DNA of 64,000 nucleotides, taken from positions 20,398,001 to 20,462,000 of the forward strand of contig NC_092674.1 in assembly GCF_964355755.1 (NCBI RefSeq), written 5' to 3'. This DNA is from Antedon mediterranea (taxonomy: Eukaryota; Animalia; Echinodermata). The notes under the pieces are model-generated. The model did no database searches. It was not told where the DNA came from and saw only the letters and a list, made by a program, of their open reading frames with translations. The translations under genes were made by a program, and so were the position numbers. Of this stretch, positions 28,601-41,352 are shown piece after piece (position 1 is the first letter of the stretch; every line of letters begins with the position of its first letter).

Positions 28601-31354
28601 AGTGCATCCGAATAACTCGTTTTTTTTACAATGAAACAACATGTTTTAGCACAATAACTGAGGTATTGTTGCATTTGTGTTGTTGCAGCTTAAACATATA
28701 TTAAAATATAAATGTAGATGCCAACCACAGTAGATTATTTTCTTAGATGTTGAATCCTATTTAGGAAATCCTTCAAATCGTCTTGCACTTGTTATGCAAT
28801 TGCTATTTGAACTTTATGTTTCTGTTATTTTTGGGCAATCGTTAATAGCTTCTTGTGATTGATCACCTAAAGTAGGTATCTCTAATTAAAACAATAATAT
28901 CTTGTATTGAATGGTTGATTGTAGCTTCGGTTATTTCGAGTAGATGGTTTAGAGACTGTGTGTCTTCAAAAAGCAAATTATCCATTATCAAAATGTTTTC
29001 GGTCAACACCGATTTACCGAACTAGAAATCTTATGGGTTTTTTCCTTTGCAGCAAAACTCAAAACTGGTATACAACCAATACCACCCTCACAACCAATCC
29101 ACCCCCTCCCCCACGACCGATAATCGCAATGTTGGTTCGCACTAGTACAACAAGTACTTGTTAACCTCTCTATTTTGCCAATCGGCATCAAAGAGGCAAA
29201 CTTTCACCATGTATCAATTTTGATAGCTGAAATTCGGCAACGGCAATTCCCGGTATTTGTTATTACTTCTTAATCAGATGGAAGAACTCCAAAAGTGTGA
29301 AAGATCATCCTTCCTTGCCAAAATAGATATGTAACTGTAATAACTGTAATTCTAAAGCTGATTATCATAAATATTCTCTTAAATTAACAACTTAACTTAA
29401 CTTTGTTTTTCTTAAACTTGGTCCTGTCAATGTAAACAAGTTAATTTACATCTACATCTATTAAGATGTTAATCGCATATAACATCCAACAAGTAGGCCT
29501 AACACATGTAAAATAAAGTAAAATACAGAAAGCGACAGAGGGCGTGCTATTTCACATTTCGGCCCTAATTGAAAATACAGACAACTCGAGTAATTAATAT
29601 GCATTTGTGACGACATCAATATATCGATTTTCTTGAATAATAATATTCATGGATCTATTGATTTAAAAAAAAAACAACAACAAATCAAGGAAAGAACTTA
29701 AACATTCCCGTACAAGAAAAAAACAAGTAATAGCCTAGGCCCATATTATGTAAATTAAAAACAATTTTGAAAAAAAGCACTCGGACTTCAATTATAGCTT
29801 AGGCATACACGTTCCATCATGCCATATATTCGGTTTACATTTTGATTTGTATTTTTTTGATAAACAATGAAACATAATTCCATTTTGAAACTGAGATATT
29901 CAATTTTGAAATGAGATATTTGATAAAAACAAAAAACATTAAAAATTGAAAATAATTAGCTTACATGTTGCAACACCGATAGACTTACATACTTGGTACA
30001 CATTTAAACATACTACAAACCATATATGTTTGTACATAAGGCAAGGGACATAGAGTACAATATACTTAATTAATTTAGTTAACCAATCAACGAACATTGT
30101 AGATTACCAGGTACTTGACTGTTTTGTCAAACATCTTGGTGGCCCTGATACCTCGTTATTTGAAGGTTTACCTTTGTTAGTTATAATGCCTCCTATAGTT
30201 TATTGGTAATCTTGTTCATTTATATCACAATAGATGCTAAACATTTTTCAAATAAATCAGTGTTATTTACAATGAAGACAACACACTTCTTCGGTACTAA
30301 TAGAAAAATGTAATTGTATAATTATAACTCCTAGTATATGTAATAATAGTGTTAGAAAGTATTTTCGGCCCATGAAGATTCAATTTTGAAAGTTCTCATT
30401 TCAAACAAGGACTCTACTTCCGATTAAGTGGTTCTAATTATCGTCTGTATATTTGAGTAATAATTATACTATTGTGTTTTTATGAACTTAAATAAGTTAA
30501 CAATAAACAATAAATAATTAAAGTTAGATTATATTAGAAATGACATGACGGTTTAGTCTACTATACAGATGTTACATTATTGGCCTAGTTCGTTAAGATG
30601 AAGTGCGGATTATGGCAACATTAATTTAAGCAATTATAAGTAATTTCACTCTTCCTGGTCATACACATGCTGTGCTATCCCTTACCAAGGCTTGGGTCGA
30701 CAGAATTATGCTATTTCGGAAAACGTAGGCCTAATAGGTCTACTGATTACAATACTTTCCGATTCTGGACATCTTGTGTACGCATTATATCTTACTCTCT
30801 GCTATACTTAATTATTGTTACAAAACCAATAACATAATTATATCTGTAAATACCATAAACAGTTAGTCCTTTGTAATAAAATAAGACAAATTGTTTTGTC
30901 TTATTTTAGATGTTTCTTAATAGTAAATACATTTGTTAGAAAGTGTAATAATGTACAGTATTATAAGAGATACTTCCTTAATTGTGAATGTTGTATCGGA
31001 AAAGATTCATTCTTCCCCTGGTTGTGATTTAAATCTCACACCCACGGCTGAGGATCGACAGAAAAATAATACTAAATAAAAGAAACGAAAAAGCCAAAGT
31101 TAAGATGTAAACATGTAGATGTTGCCGCAAGTGTTACATGTTAAATTAAAAAAAAAAAATCTTTATATTTTTTATTAGGGCATACAAATAGGATATTATC
31201 GATGTGTATGTCACCTGACGGTACAAAGGTCATGTCAGCAGCAGCTGACGAAACACTTCGCTTGTGGCGGTGCTTCGATGGCTTGGAAAAAGTGAAGAAA
31301 ACAACTTCAAAGAAACATGACAGAAGCAGTATTATAGCAAAAGGAATCCGATAA
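22638..31354 (+). CDS. CDC20: Cell division cycle protein 20 homolog (fizzy), APC/C co-activator, WD40; 10 coding exons, 528 aa
   Basis: Phase-consistent GT-AG exons: 22638-22743, 23294-23477, 24016-24245, 24810-24938, 25147-25343, 25723-25817, 26211-26436, 26548-26673, 26911-27028, 31179-31354 (1587 nt). N-terminus [28 protein letters not shown]-box DRFIPNR, KILK Mad2-binding motif, [15 protein letters not shown] repeats ([41 protein letters not shown]), C-terminal IR tail (KGIR*). Confidence 0.97.
22885..23178. repeat. Low-complexity TCTGAAT/ATCTAT degenerate repeat in CDC20 intron 1
   Basis: Numerous TCTGAAT(C/T/A) words and ~22-bp higher-order repeats around 23010-23100. Confidence 0.7.
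24961..25076. mobile_element. Shorter diverged copy of the 2117-2279 MITE, in CDC20 intron 4
   Basis: TAA-AGCTCTGACTACACTATCAAACTAGTTTGACA...TAGTGTAAAAAGAGT; internal sequence matches the 2117 copy. Confidence 0.75.
27692..28317. mobile_element. Non-autonomous Kolobok-like DNA transposon in CDC20 intron 9
   Basis: TTAA-AGACCCCTTCCCTGC...GTAGGGAATGGGGCT-TTAA; imperfect TIRs, GC-richer interior. Confidence 0.7.
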
Positions 31355-32470
31355 AAGACAAACCAAGTGTCATTTTCCAAGTATCATCATAACATTTCCG
31401 ATATAATAATATTGGAACTGGAATATAACTAGTAAAAAAAACCCAATACAATATGTTTATACATTAGATAATTGAAGAGAACAACTCTGAAATAAAATTT
31501 AAAATTATACAAACAGAACCGTGGTCTGATGAAGAAAAGTTATTATTTTGCTATATTTTGTATTTACTGTTTGTATCTTAAACCTTTTTTTCCGCCCCGA
31601 TTTGTAACGTATTTATTTTTTAATGGATTGTTTTAGTTTGACAGGTAATTAAGATATTATATACATATACTAGTATCACGTGTGTTCTGTTAGTTTTGTA
31701 TGTCAGTAATTGAGTATATCTAATTTTGTAATGTTATAAAAATATAAAATGAATACATTTGACATAGTTGTGCCAGCGTGATTTTTATCCTCATTTATGT
31801 TTATTACAGACATAGTTCAATGATGAATATCTAGAGCCTAGCATGATAAATCGCCTGATTGATCTCTAATTAATATTGTCATCATTAATTTCATATTACA
31901 AAGACAGCCAGGATACAACACACTTAGATTAATTTTTTAATTTACGTACCAAGCGTCGCAAACGACAAGGCGGCTGCGTCTGCATGGGAAGCGCATTATC
32001 GACCAGGCAATATAATTGAGTTTCTATGTCTTTAATTGTTGTAAGGTACGGGGCTCGACTTCCTCTCGTTAATACATATTTTCTAAGCCTAAACAGACAA
32101 CAAAATCGATGAATTGAAGTCTGTAAGTAGGTCGAGTGTTTTTTTTGGCGTTCCCAAATCTGAATAAACTTTAACGGAATTTTTTTTTTTTTTTGTTTCA
32201 AGAAACTAAGAAACATAAGAAGGAAACACCGGACCTAAATTATAATTTTATTTTGAACCAGTGCCACCTTGTGAAATTCACTCGCCTTTATTTCATATTT
32301 TTGTTACATACTCATTTTGAATAAATATATGTCTTTGTAATCAATCGGTTCTTGTTCTTTATTTGTTCTTATTTTGTTTTTGCATACAGTATATAATATA
32401 ACACCTCAGGCGCCAAACACCAATTCTGAACAGCCCGGGTGATACTCTCAAGAAATTGTATATGATAAAC

Positions 32471-32628
32471 ACTTGCACTGATGAAGGGCTAGTGTTGCCC
32501 AAAAGCTCTGCTATCTTTTCTGGCTATTTTACTTTATCGTTTTGATTTAGCTTTTCGCTTTTTTCTTGTATGTTCATTGAGATCCGGCCACTGATACCCA
32601 CAGTAAGTTGCCTTTGGATTTAAATATA
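32471..32628 (+). mobile_element. Penelope-like pseudo-LTR / retrozyme-type repeat, copy 1
   Basis: About 155 bp clearly homologous to the reverse complement of 63585-63756; starts with a hammerhead motif. Confidence 0.65.
32473..32512 (+). ncRNA. Decayed minimal hammerhead ribozyme motif (core GAAA changed to AAAA)
   Basis: GCA-CTGATGA-A-GGGC-TAGTGTT-GCCC-AAAA-GC-TC-TGC; same family as 63715-63755, with a perfect stem II but G12 replaced by A. Confidence 0.65.
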
Positions 32629-33407
32629 ATATTTCTTTATATAGATAAATATAGATCAATAAATATATATTATAGAATTTATCATTAAAATTACATTATT
32701 TTTTTGTATTTAGTAACTCATTTTTTAAGGGTTTTGGGAGTTTTTTTGTGTGCATTATTTACGTTTATGCGCAGAATTAAATGTAAATAAGTTATTACTT
32801 TAATATGCATCAACAATTATATATGTTTTATATAAACCTTTACCACTTTTTTAAAAGATTTATAACTTTTAAAAGGAAGATGTTATTCTTGGATATATTT
32901 TCATCGAGAGAATGTTTTTTAAGAATCTAAATCCGGGATAGCTACATTAGCCCTAACATGAATAAACAGACATTTATTTTTATATTAATACTGTACTTAA
33001 TAAGGAAATACTTAAGTATTGAAAATGAAACATTGAAATAGTATCATGCTTGACCATGACCATAATATAAAAAGTACTACAATACGACAATATGAAATAG
33101 AACTGTTATGTGAAATATGACTAGAGAAACATGCATGGAATATGATAACCAGAGGACTAATACCATGGAATAGGAATGTACTGAAGACGGATGGCTATAC
33201 TATTTATAAACGACCATTATCATCATCATCTTCCTCTACTGTACAGAACCTTATTTGAGTATAGTCGCACATTAATTACATGGGTTGATTACATTTATGC
33301 AGCTGGCTCCATAATTCTCCTTAAATTTGTGTTCAACTCGTTTTTTATAATTGCATTATACATTTTCAGATAATTTCAGATTTCTAATTATTTATACATT
33401 TTCTGAA

Positions 33408-33580
33408 TCCCTCAAGTGATGTTGACTCCGCATCCTCTTGGGGCAGTTTGTTCCAAAGACGTATGGTGTCTGGAAGTGACCTGATGTGCGTTGTCCCTCA
33501 AGTGATGTTGACTCCGCATCCTCTTGGGGCAGTTTGTTCCAAAGACGTATGGTGTCTGGAAGTGACCGGATGTGCGTTGT
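33408..33580 (-). repeat. 86-bp tandem duplication of a LINE (CR1/L2-like) ORF2 C-terminal remnant
   Basis: Two near-identical units (period 86); - strand reads PDTIRLWNKLPQEDAESTSLEGF, like the 'TIRxWNxLP...SL..F' LINE C-terminal motif. Confidence 0.75.
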
Positions 33581-34842
33581 TGATGTGCATACATACTTAA
33601 ATACCAATACCAACATTTTAGAATTTGAATAAAGATAATTTATTGAATTTAGTATATTTACTTCCCTAAAACAATTTCAAATTTAAAAATTAATAAAATA
33701 GTAATTATCTTCTTCTTTTACAAGTCGTCTCTCACGGTGTATTTATTTTCTTCAGACACAACAGATAGGCCTACTATATTAAATACATTACAATGAATAA
33801 ATGGTTTTATTAGTATTAAACAGACCGAGTAGTGTAGGTCGACGAGCGGAGGTGGTCACTCTGTACACTTATTTATCCTGATGTTTCTTTTTCCTTCCTC
33901 GTATACAATTATACATTTCTCATCATCTACTATTTGAACTTTTATTTTAACAATTGAAAATGCCAAAACGTTTGTTCTCAAACTTAATTTTCTATTAACA
34001 TTTAAAGTACCGTCATATGAAACCCGAAGGTTAAGAATCAGAGATAGAACGGAGGGCTATTTTAAGATTATTTAATTATGGTAATCCAAAAGTTTTAAAA
34101 TACGCTAACATTTTAATACTGTAGAGGGCGTAATACACGATTTTCATCCAGAAATTATCCAAAAACATTTGATTTTTATTGTTGGTTTTTATTAAATAAT
34201 ACACAACACAGTGATAAAAAAAAGGTTTCTTGTTTAATTGAGAACGAGTAATACATTTAAACACATCATTTTAAACTACTTGTATTTAGCATTAGAAGCT
34301 CTGACAATATTATCTTTTTGATATTATTGTCATTCTGTTGAGGGTTTCGTTTTAAATCACCGAGCATAACATAATGATTGTATGACATTAAAATATTTCT
34401 ATACGAATGTTGAGTCATCTTTTTTCTTTTATTTTTATAGTTGTGGTTCAAATATAAACTGTTATGAATCAATGTGACAGTCAGACGCAGCACCCAAACA
34501 ACTGTTTGGCCGTAGTGTTATCACATATATTTCTCCTTGTTCGTTTACACTGAATAGGAGTGTGAGGGGTTTTATTGTTTGAATCATGGTTTTTCAATCA
34601 TTTACAAATCACCATAACTAATTCATTGATTTTTCTTTATTGATCACAAATCTACTATATTGAGTTCCTCACTGTAGAATATTATGCCAGGAAGTCTTAT
34701 TTCTATTTTACAAATAAGACTTTATTTCAGTTTGATGGTGTCAATATATAATGTAAAATCCACAATGGTTTTCAATCTTTTTATGTTTAGATTCTTTTAG
34801 CTGATATTCACACTTTGGTAAAATCCACCAGAAATATTGAAG

Positions 34843-35037
34843 ATGTTAGAAAAACAGACCTCGCATACGTCGGCCGATGCCTTGCCGATCATACAACACG
34901 TTGAATTATGTTAGAAAAACAGACCTCGCATACGTCGGCCGATGCCCTGCCGATCATACAACACGTTGAATTATGTTAGAAAAACAGACCTCGCATACGT
35001 CGGCCGATGCCTTGCCGATCATACAACACGTTGAATT
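34843..35037 (-). repeat. 65-bp tandem triplication of the COPS6 C-terminal codons and stop
   Basis: Units start at 34843, 34908 and 34973; one substitution in the middle copy. Confidence 0.95.
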
Positions 35038-38000
35038 TATTTACAAACTAGAAAAAAATAATATTAAAAGAGTAAGAATTACTGTTATGGCTTCAAAATA
35101 TGATTTACACACGCACACACATATCATTTATGTGAAATACTTATATAACTTGCGTATTTGATCAAATATCTCTCTAGTAGAATAGGCATGTTCTAATATG
35201 GTTACTAGAATGTGCCTTTTCATTATAAAAATGTTGTATGTAAGATTGACTTCCAACAAATCGGTCTTTGAATGGTAATATTTATTCTCCACATTCAATA
35301 AATTCAAAATATTCATTATTTTATTGCACCTACTGTTGTAGAGTAAACTTATATTCAATTTATTAGCCGCTTCTATCTTTGAATTAAATATCAAAGGCTA
35401 AGCCATTCAAAAAGTTAGCACATGGATTTTGTTTGGGATGTAGGGAAGTTATAGACAGTACACAGGTGGCTTCCTCATCGCTCAATAAGCTCTATTGTAT
35501 TTCCTAACAAGTTTATATTGTGAAATATCTTCAATCGTATAAATGAGAAATAAATAATGCCGGAGACATGATATGAAATAAATCAATCAAAAGGACATAT
35601 GTTTGTTTGTTATATTATGAGCAAAGATACCTATATACTTTCTTATAAATGTACTTTTAAAACTTCCAGGCAAAATTCTGGTCATTTTGTTATCCTGTTA
35701 CCTTCATGTGTATGGATACATGTAGTTGTACACCCTCACGAACTTTCTTATGAGATTAACCCTTTGAAGACGCAAGGTTTCTACCCAAGTGACTGAGGCT
35801 AAATAAGGTATTTTCAATAGGTTTAGGAAAAATGCAAAATACATTTTTATGACAGTAACTTTCAACTGCAATTGTTGGTTTTATTGTTATGTGAAATGTT
35901 TTGTCCTTTGCATTTTTAAATAGTTCAAAGGTCAAATGCGCAAAAAGTGCAATTCAGTGAACCCAAAAAGTCAACCGGTACATATACGGGCCTCGCGTCC
36001 TGGGACAGTAAATTACCCCGTATGGGATAGGGCCAAGTCTTCAAAGGGTTTAAGAGAAAAACTAATAAAATGTAAAACTTACTTGACTTGACAAGTGACT
36101 GAGGCTAAATAAGGTATTTTCAATAGGTTTAGGAAAAATGCAAAATACATTTTTATGACAGTAACTTTCAACTGCAATTGTTGGTTTTATTGTTATGTGA
36201 AATGTTTTGTCCTTTGCATTTTTAAATAGTTCAAAGGTCAAATGCGCAAAAAGTGCAATTCAGTGAACCCAAAAAGTCAACCGGTACATATACGGGCCTC
36301 GCGTCCTGGGACAGTAAATTACCCCGTATGGGATAGGGCCAAGTCTTCAAAGGGTTTAAGAGAAAAACTAATAAAATGTAAAACTTACTTGACTTGACAA
36401 GTGACTGAGGCTAAATAAGGTATTTTCAATAGGTTTAGGAAAAATGCAAAATACATTTTTATGACAGTAACTTTCAACTGCAATTGTTGGTTTTATTGTT
36501 ATGTGAAATGTTTTGTCCTTTGCATTTTTAAATAGTTCAAAGGTCAAATGCGCAAAAAGTGCAATTCAGTGAACCCAAAAAGTCAACCGGTACATATACG
36601 GGCCTCGCGTCCTGGGACAGTAAATTACCCCGTATGGGATAGGGCCAAGTCTTCAAAGGGTTTAAGAGAAAAACTAATAAAATGTAAAACTTACTTGATT
36701 AATAGTGTTGCAGCCTTTAGTAATGGCACCTAAGTATGCCATAAGGCATACATCGTTACATTGCTGAAAACAAAAACAATTTTTTAAATTAAGATTAGAA
36801 TTAATGGGACTGAGTCAAAAAGAAATAAAACAGTAATTTTTACTATATATTGTATGTCAGGCTGGTAGCATTTTTTCAAGCAATGAGCCTTAAATTATAA
36901 AAATAAAGGTTGGGAATAAATATCCAATGTTATATATTGATCAAACATGCAAGTTTGACCAATCACTTGCATTCACACGAGTCATACAATAACAATGATT
37001 TGAAAATTGTTTGAAAAAGAAACGTAAAATGTATAACGTTATACAGTAGACCCTCTCATTTAGAACACCCGTATTATATCTAGCAAACACTTTCTAATAA
37101 ATCAATGAAGGAAAACATATTTTCCTAAAAGTAACAAACAAACTTTTACTTACATTGTAGAAGTCCCCATTGAATTTGTCAGAGCTAAGAACTGGTAGTC
37201 TGTGACATAAGCTGTGGGCATCTCGCATGATCTCATGGTTAATAGGTACGTGTCCATTTTGCACCGCTTTTACATAATCTAGAATCAACTTGACACGGCT
37301 GTGAAGCATCTTGATGGCGTTGTGCTGGGCTTGAAGGTGCTCAGCGACTGACAAGTAAAAAACAGATTGAAACAGAATTGCAATTGGTACACTAGAAAAA
37401 TATTAGTTTTCAAAACCATTTTATACTATATTTTGAAATAAGGGACCCAGGTCCTAAAAATGCTAAAATCAGCTGCTGAACTTAATCTGATGTCCTATCC
37501 TTTTATACATTTGTTAAATTTGGGGTGGGAGGGGGTTAGGGAGGAGAGAAACTGACCGGCTGCCTTCAACCCACAGATACAGGTTATGGATCAAAATGCA
37601 AATCATTTTATACAAATTCCATTCAATTCGAAATGCAGACAATCTTTATGCTACAACTCATACATACCAGAGGCATGGACATTTTTATTTTAGAGTTGGG
37701 TGTCAAAAATATATTGATAATTGAATAATGCAGTGAAAACCATCCAAATAAGTTTGTAAGCAACAAACAGACATTTTTGGACATACATTCAGGTTTTAGA
37801 AAGACCATTAGGGTGAATATAAAGCGCACCAATATTTCTATTAGGGATTTCAAAAGTCAAATTTTGACCACCTGTAATTTAGCATACACAACCTTTTTAG
37901 CGTATATTTATAACAATTTTATTTATTGAATACCATAACTTTACTAATTAAGAAACAATAAAGATTGATGTTAATACACTACTTTACAAACCTTTTGAAC

Positions 38001-41000
38001 TTTCAGCAGCTTCAGATGAGGATAGCCTGGCTACATGGTCTACACCAATTCTCTCTGCTTCTTCTGTAGCTATTGTGTACTGTAATTCCACAAATAACAT
38101 GGTAGCTTGGCCATTCACTAAATCAATTACCGATTCACATATTGTTATTGGTAGCTAAAAACAACATAAAATAATATTAATGTTAACAAGTTTTAAATGC
38201 TGTGTTTTCCTCACAATGCTTTGGACATTTGGTACTTCAACCAGTATTTTTGTCTTCTGATGAATGACTTGAAAATGTAGAATAATGATTTGTAAGATAA
38301 TTATGATTCAAAGTAGGCATATAAGCTTTCTCTGACCTGAAACTGAAGGGAACTAAACTCAAAGAAACTAGTTGCAAAGAGTGCTTATGTCGACATCTGA
38401 GCAACTCAGCTGTACTATGCAAACTTTAATTTGTGATGCGATTCATACTTAAAAGAAACTAGTGTGGTTAATCACTTCCCATACAGCACACACGGCATGA
38501 AATTGGTCAGTTGCATCTAGTTCTTTTCAGTTCCAGAAAAGTAGAACATGTTCAATGCAATACAACAAAACTCAACTGCTTATATTGACATATTTTTAGT
38601 ATTTAGAATTTCTCAGAGTGCTTTATGTCTACAAGGGTTGTGTTGAATTCCTTATTAACAACCTTACAGTATTATTACCCACGCATTTGCTTTTGTTTTG
38701 ATGTATAGCAGAAACAAGGTAATACTGTAGGTGAAGTTTAATCACAATGTGTGTTATAACCCCTTTATACCGCCGAACTAAAAACAAGCCTGTGCCGTGA
38801 GCAGAAAAATGTTTTTCACACCTGATTCATTAACCCAGGATTGATATGGGTTACGTGTATTATACTGCCAAATGCCAACCAGTGTAAATGTTCTAGATTA
38901 ATTGAAATTTCGCCCTCTCATACTACATACAAAAACTGATAATTCAAATAACTAACTAACTTACATCTGTGTGTCGTGACATTGGGTTCAACTTCAGGAA
39001 AATCGGACTTTCATTTATCTCACAAATCTGAATTAAAAAAAACATACATATTTAATATTGTCTTTCTGTATAAACAAATGGTGATGTCAATGGTTTTAAA
39101 GTTACAGCAACAACTTTGATTGTGTTGGAATTGACTGTTAAAATCTTCTGCTATCATAATTGCAAAAAGAATATAAATCATTAAAATTGGCGTTTTTGAG
39201 AACTTTTGAGATGAACATAAAGATTTGTTAAGCACTTTTTGTATTTGAATGGTAAATTGTAAAATGATTGTGCTCAACATAAAATAATAACAAATACTAA
39301 ACTACTGTATACCCAACAGTAAAAGCTCAATCGAATACGACAATTTTAATACACCTCTATTTGGAGGACACCTTCACAACAAACTGTAGGCTTAGAATGT
39401 CAACACTAGAATAAGCCATGGTAATATAGGGGTCAATCCAGTAGTACTGCACTTACTTGTTTATGAACTTTTATGTCTGATTTACTTGGTGGTCCTCCTG
39501 ATGTGTACCATCCTATGCAATCATCTTGAAATATCTGTTTGACTGAAAAAAAAGATAAAAGAAGTTATACCAATGCTGCATGTAAGTTCAGTAAACTTAG
39601 TATCAGTGGGGTCCTTCTGGTTACAAATCTTAACTGGGATAGTACCTCATTGTAGTTTTTAACATGCATGATTTACATGGGAATAATGGTTTAAAGCACA
39701 GTGGTGTAATGGCTATGAGTGCTCCCTAACTAAACTCAGGGGCCCCAGAGCTTAAGAGGGCCCCAAAGCATGAGCAGCCCCAATACAATTACCCTGTACT
39801 GGAGGGCCCATTAGGTGTGCTAAACCAAGGGCATTTATCCCATGTGTTATGAATAAAGCATCTAACTTGCAGTTTGATGATGATAGGTGATACTCTTATC
39901 AATTGACTGTTTTATTCTTACACTGCTCCTCTTTTGTTTTGTAATATTCCCTGTCAATGACTATGTCGCCCTCTATCACTTCAAACATTAACTCAAATGA
40001 ATTCATTATTTCAATGTTGCGTCCAGTTTGTCTGCCAGTAATCGCTCCAAAGACTAAAATGAAACATTTTTATAAAGTTAATAATATTTGTTTGGCCTTT
40101 CTTTTCTATTTTTACTTATTAAATACTGCTTAAATACAGACATTCTAATTTCGCCGGAATCCTCAGCTGAATTTTCATTCAATTTCCGGATTTCCTCAAT
40201 ATTAAAATAAAACTTCCCGAAATTTTGGTTTTAGATAAAAACATTTTTTCAAACTCACATTTACTGTCTGAATTCTGTTTTTTAGTAAGTTTAATACATT
40301 ACATCTGATTTTGATAGTCTACTACTAGAATGTGCGAGATACACCTCTAAACTAGTAGTAGTAGTAGCCTAGTATGTAATGCACTTGTCAATTGTATGAC
40401 TCACTATACGACCCCCGGGAGAGGTGCGTCATGGGTGCGTCATTTACAAATAATTACTGACGCAGGGGTGCGTCAAAAAACCTAGATGGTACGTCACATC
40501 AATGAACAAGGTGTGTCAATGTCCGTCACTTTACCACCCACCATATCATAAACAACATGGTCACAGTGCGTCAAAATGGGTGCGTCATGGTCACCTAAAG
40601 GTAAGTCACCTTTTTGACGCACGGGTGCATCATGGTATTCAAAAGTATGACGCACATCGGACAAATGACGCACCTCTCCCGGGGGTCGTATAGTGGGTCA
40701 TACAATTGACAAGTGCATAAACATTGAGAGAGGGGAATAGGCATAGTTAGTAGAGAAGAATGCTGATCAGTTAATTTTAAAAAAAATTATAATTTATAAT
40801 AGCAATGTAGGCATATCTATATGATTATCAGGCGAATTTAATTGGCCTATCTAGCTAGGCCTGGCCCTAGGGAGGCTAGTAGGCCTATCTGAAAAACTGA
40901 AAAAGAAAAAAAAAAGGAAAATTATTGAACAGAAGTTACTCAACAGCTACCATCCTGTTTAAAGTAGGAGTAGTACTAGACTAGGCTAGTAGTAAACTGT

Positions 41001-41352
41001 CCTATCATCACAAACATAACTACTGTATAATATGCTAGCCTAGGCTAGGCCTAGTGACCATCACATGCCTTGTGCCAACCAACTCTGCGGTACAAGTGGC
41101 CACTACTTTCCCCACATCACACACAAACCGTGCCAGCCTAGGCTAGGGCCTACCTTGGGTTGGTTTTCCTTCTTGGGCTTTGGTACGTGTCCAATGCTCG
41201 GAAATATTCATAATTAACAATGGGTGTAATGATATAGTAACACTACCAGTTGTAGAACTACATGCCATCACAGAATCATCATTAACTGTCATATCTGAAT
41301 CATTTTTTGAGGTACCAGGTTTATTTTCCTCGTCGACTTCCATTTTCGACAT
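34976..41352 (-). CDS. COPS6: COP9 signalosome subunit 6 (MPN-minus domain); 8 coding exons, 325 aa
   Basis: Exons on - strand: 41352-41154, 40053-39922, 39542-39457, 39027-38965, 38154-37992, 37347-37154, 36763-36695, 35047-34976 (978 nt). Motifs [65 protein letters not shown] and C-terminus [23 protein letters not shown]. The start could instead be the second Met at 41343. Confidence 0.97.
35760..36048. mobile_element. piggyBac-like MITE in COPS6 intron 7
   Basis: TTAA-CCCTTTGAAGAC...GTCTTCAAAGGG-TTTAA. Confidence 0.75.
35786..36698. repeat. 306-bp tandem triplication (MITE body, right TIR and COPS6 exon-7 donor)
   Basis: CAAGTGACTGAGGC at 35786, 36092 and 36398; copies look identical by eye. 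Confidence 0.95.
40380..40717. mobile_element. Long-TIR Harbinger-type MITE in COPS6 intron 1
   Basis: About 53-bp near-perfect TIRs (TGCACTTGTCAATTGTATGAC.CACTATACGACCCCCGGGAGAGGTGCGTCAT), TAA on both flanks, nine TGCGTCA/TGACGCA words. Confidence 0.85.

Noticed and set aside
38257-38285. Other CTGANGA...GAAA words (38257, 31048, 31525) as hammerheads
   Set aside because: They lack pairable stems I and II.
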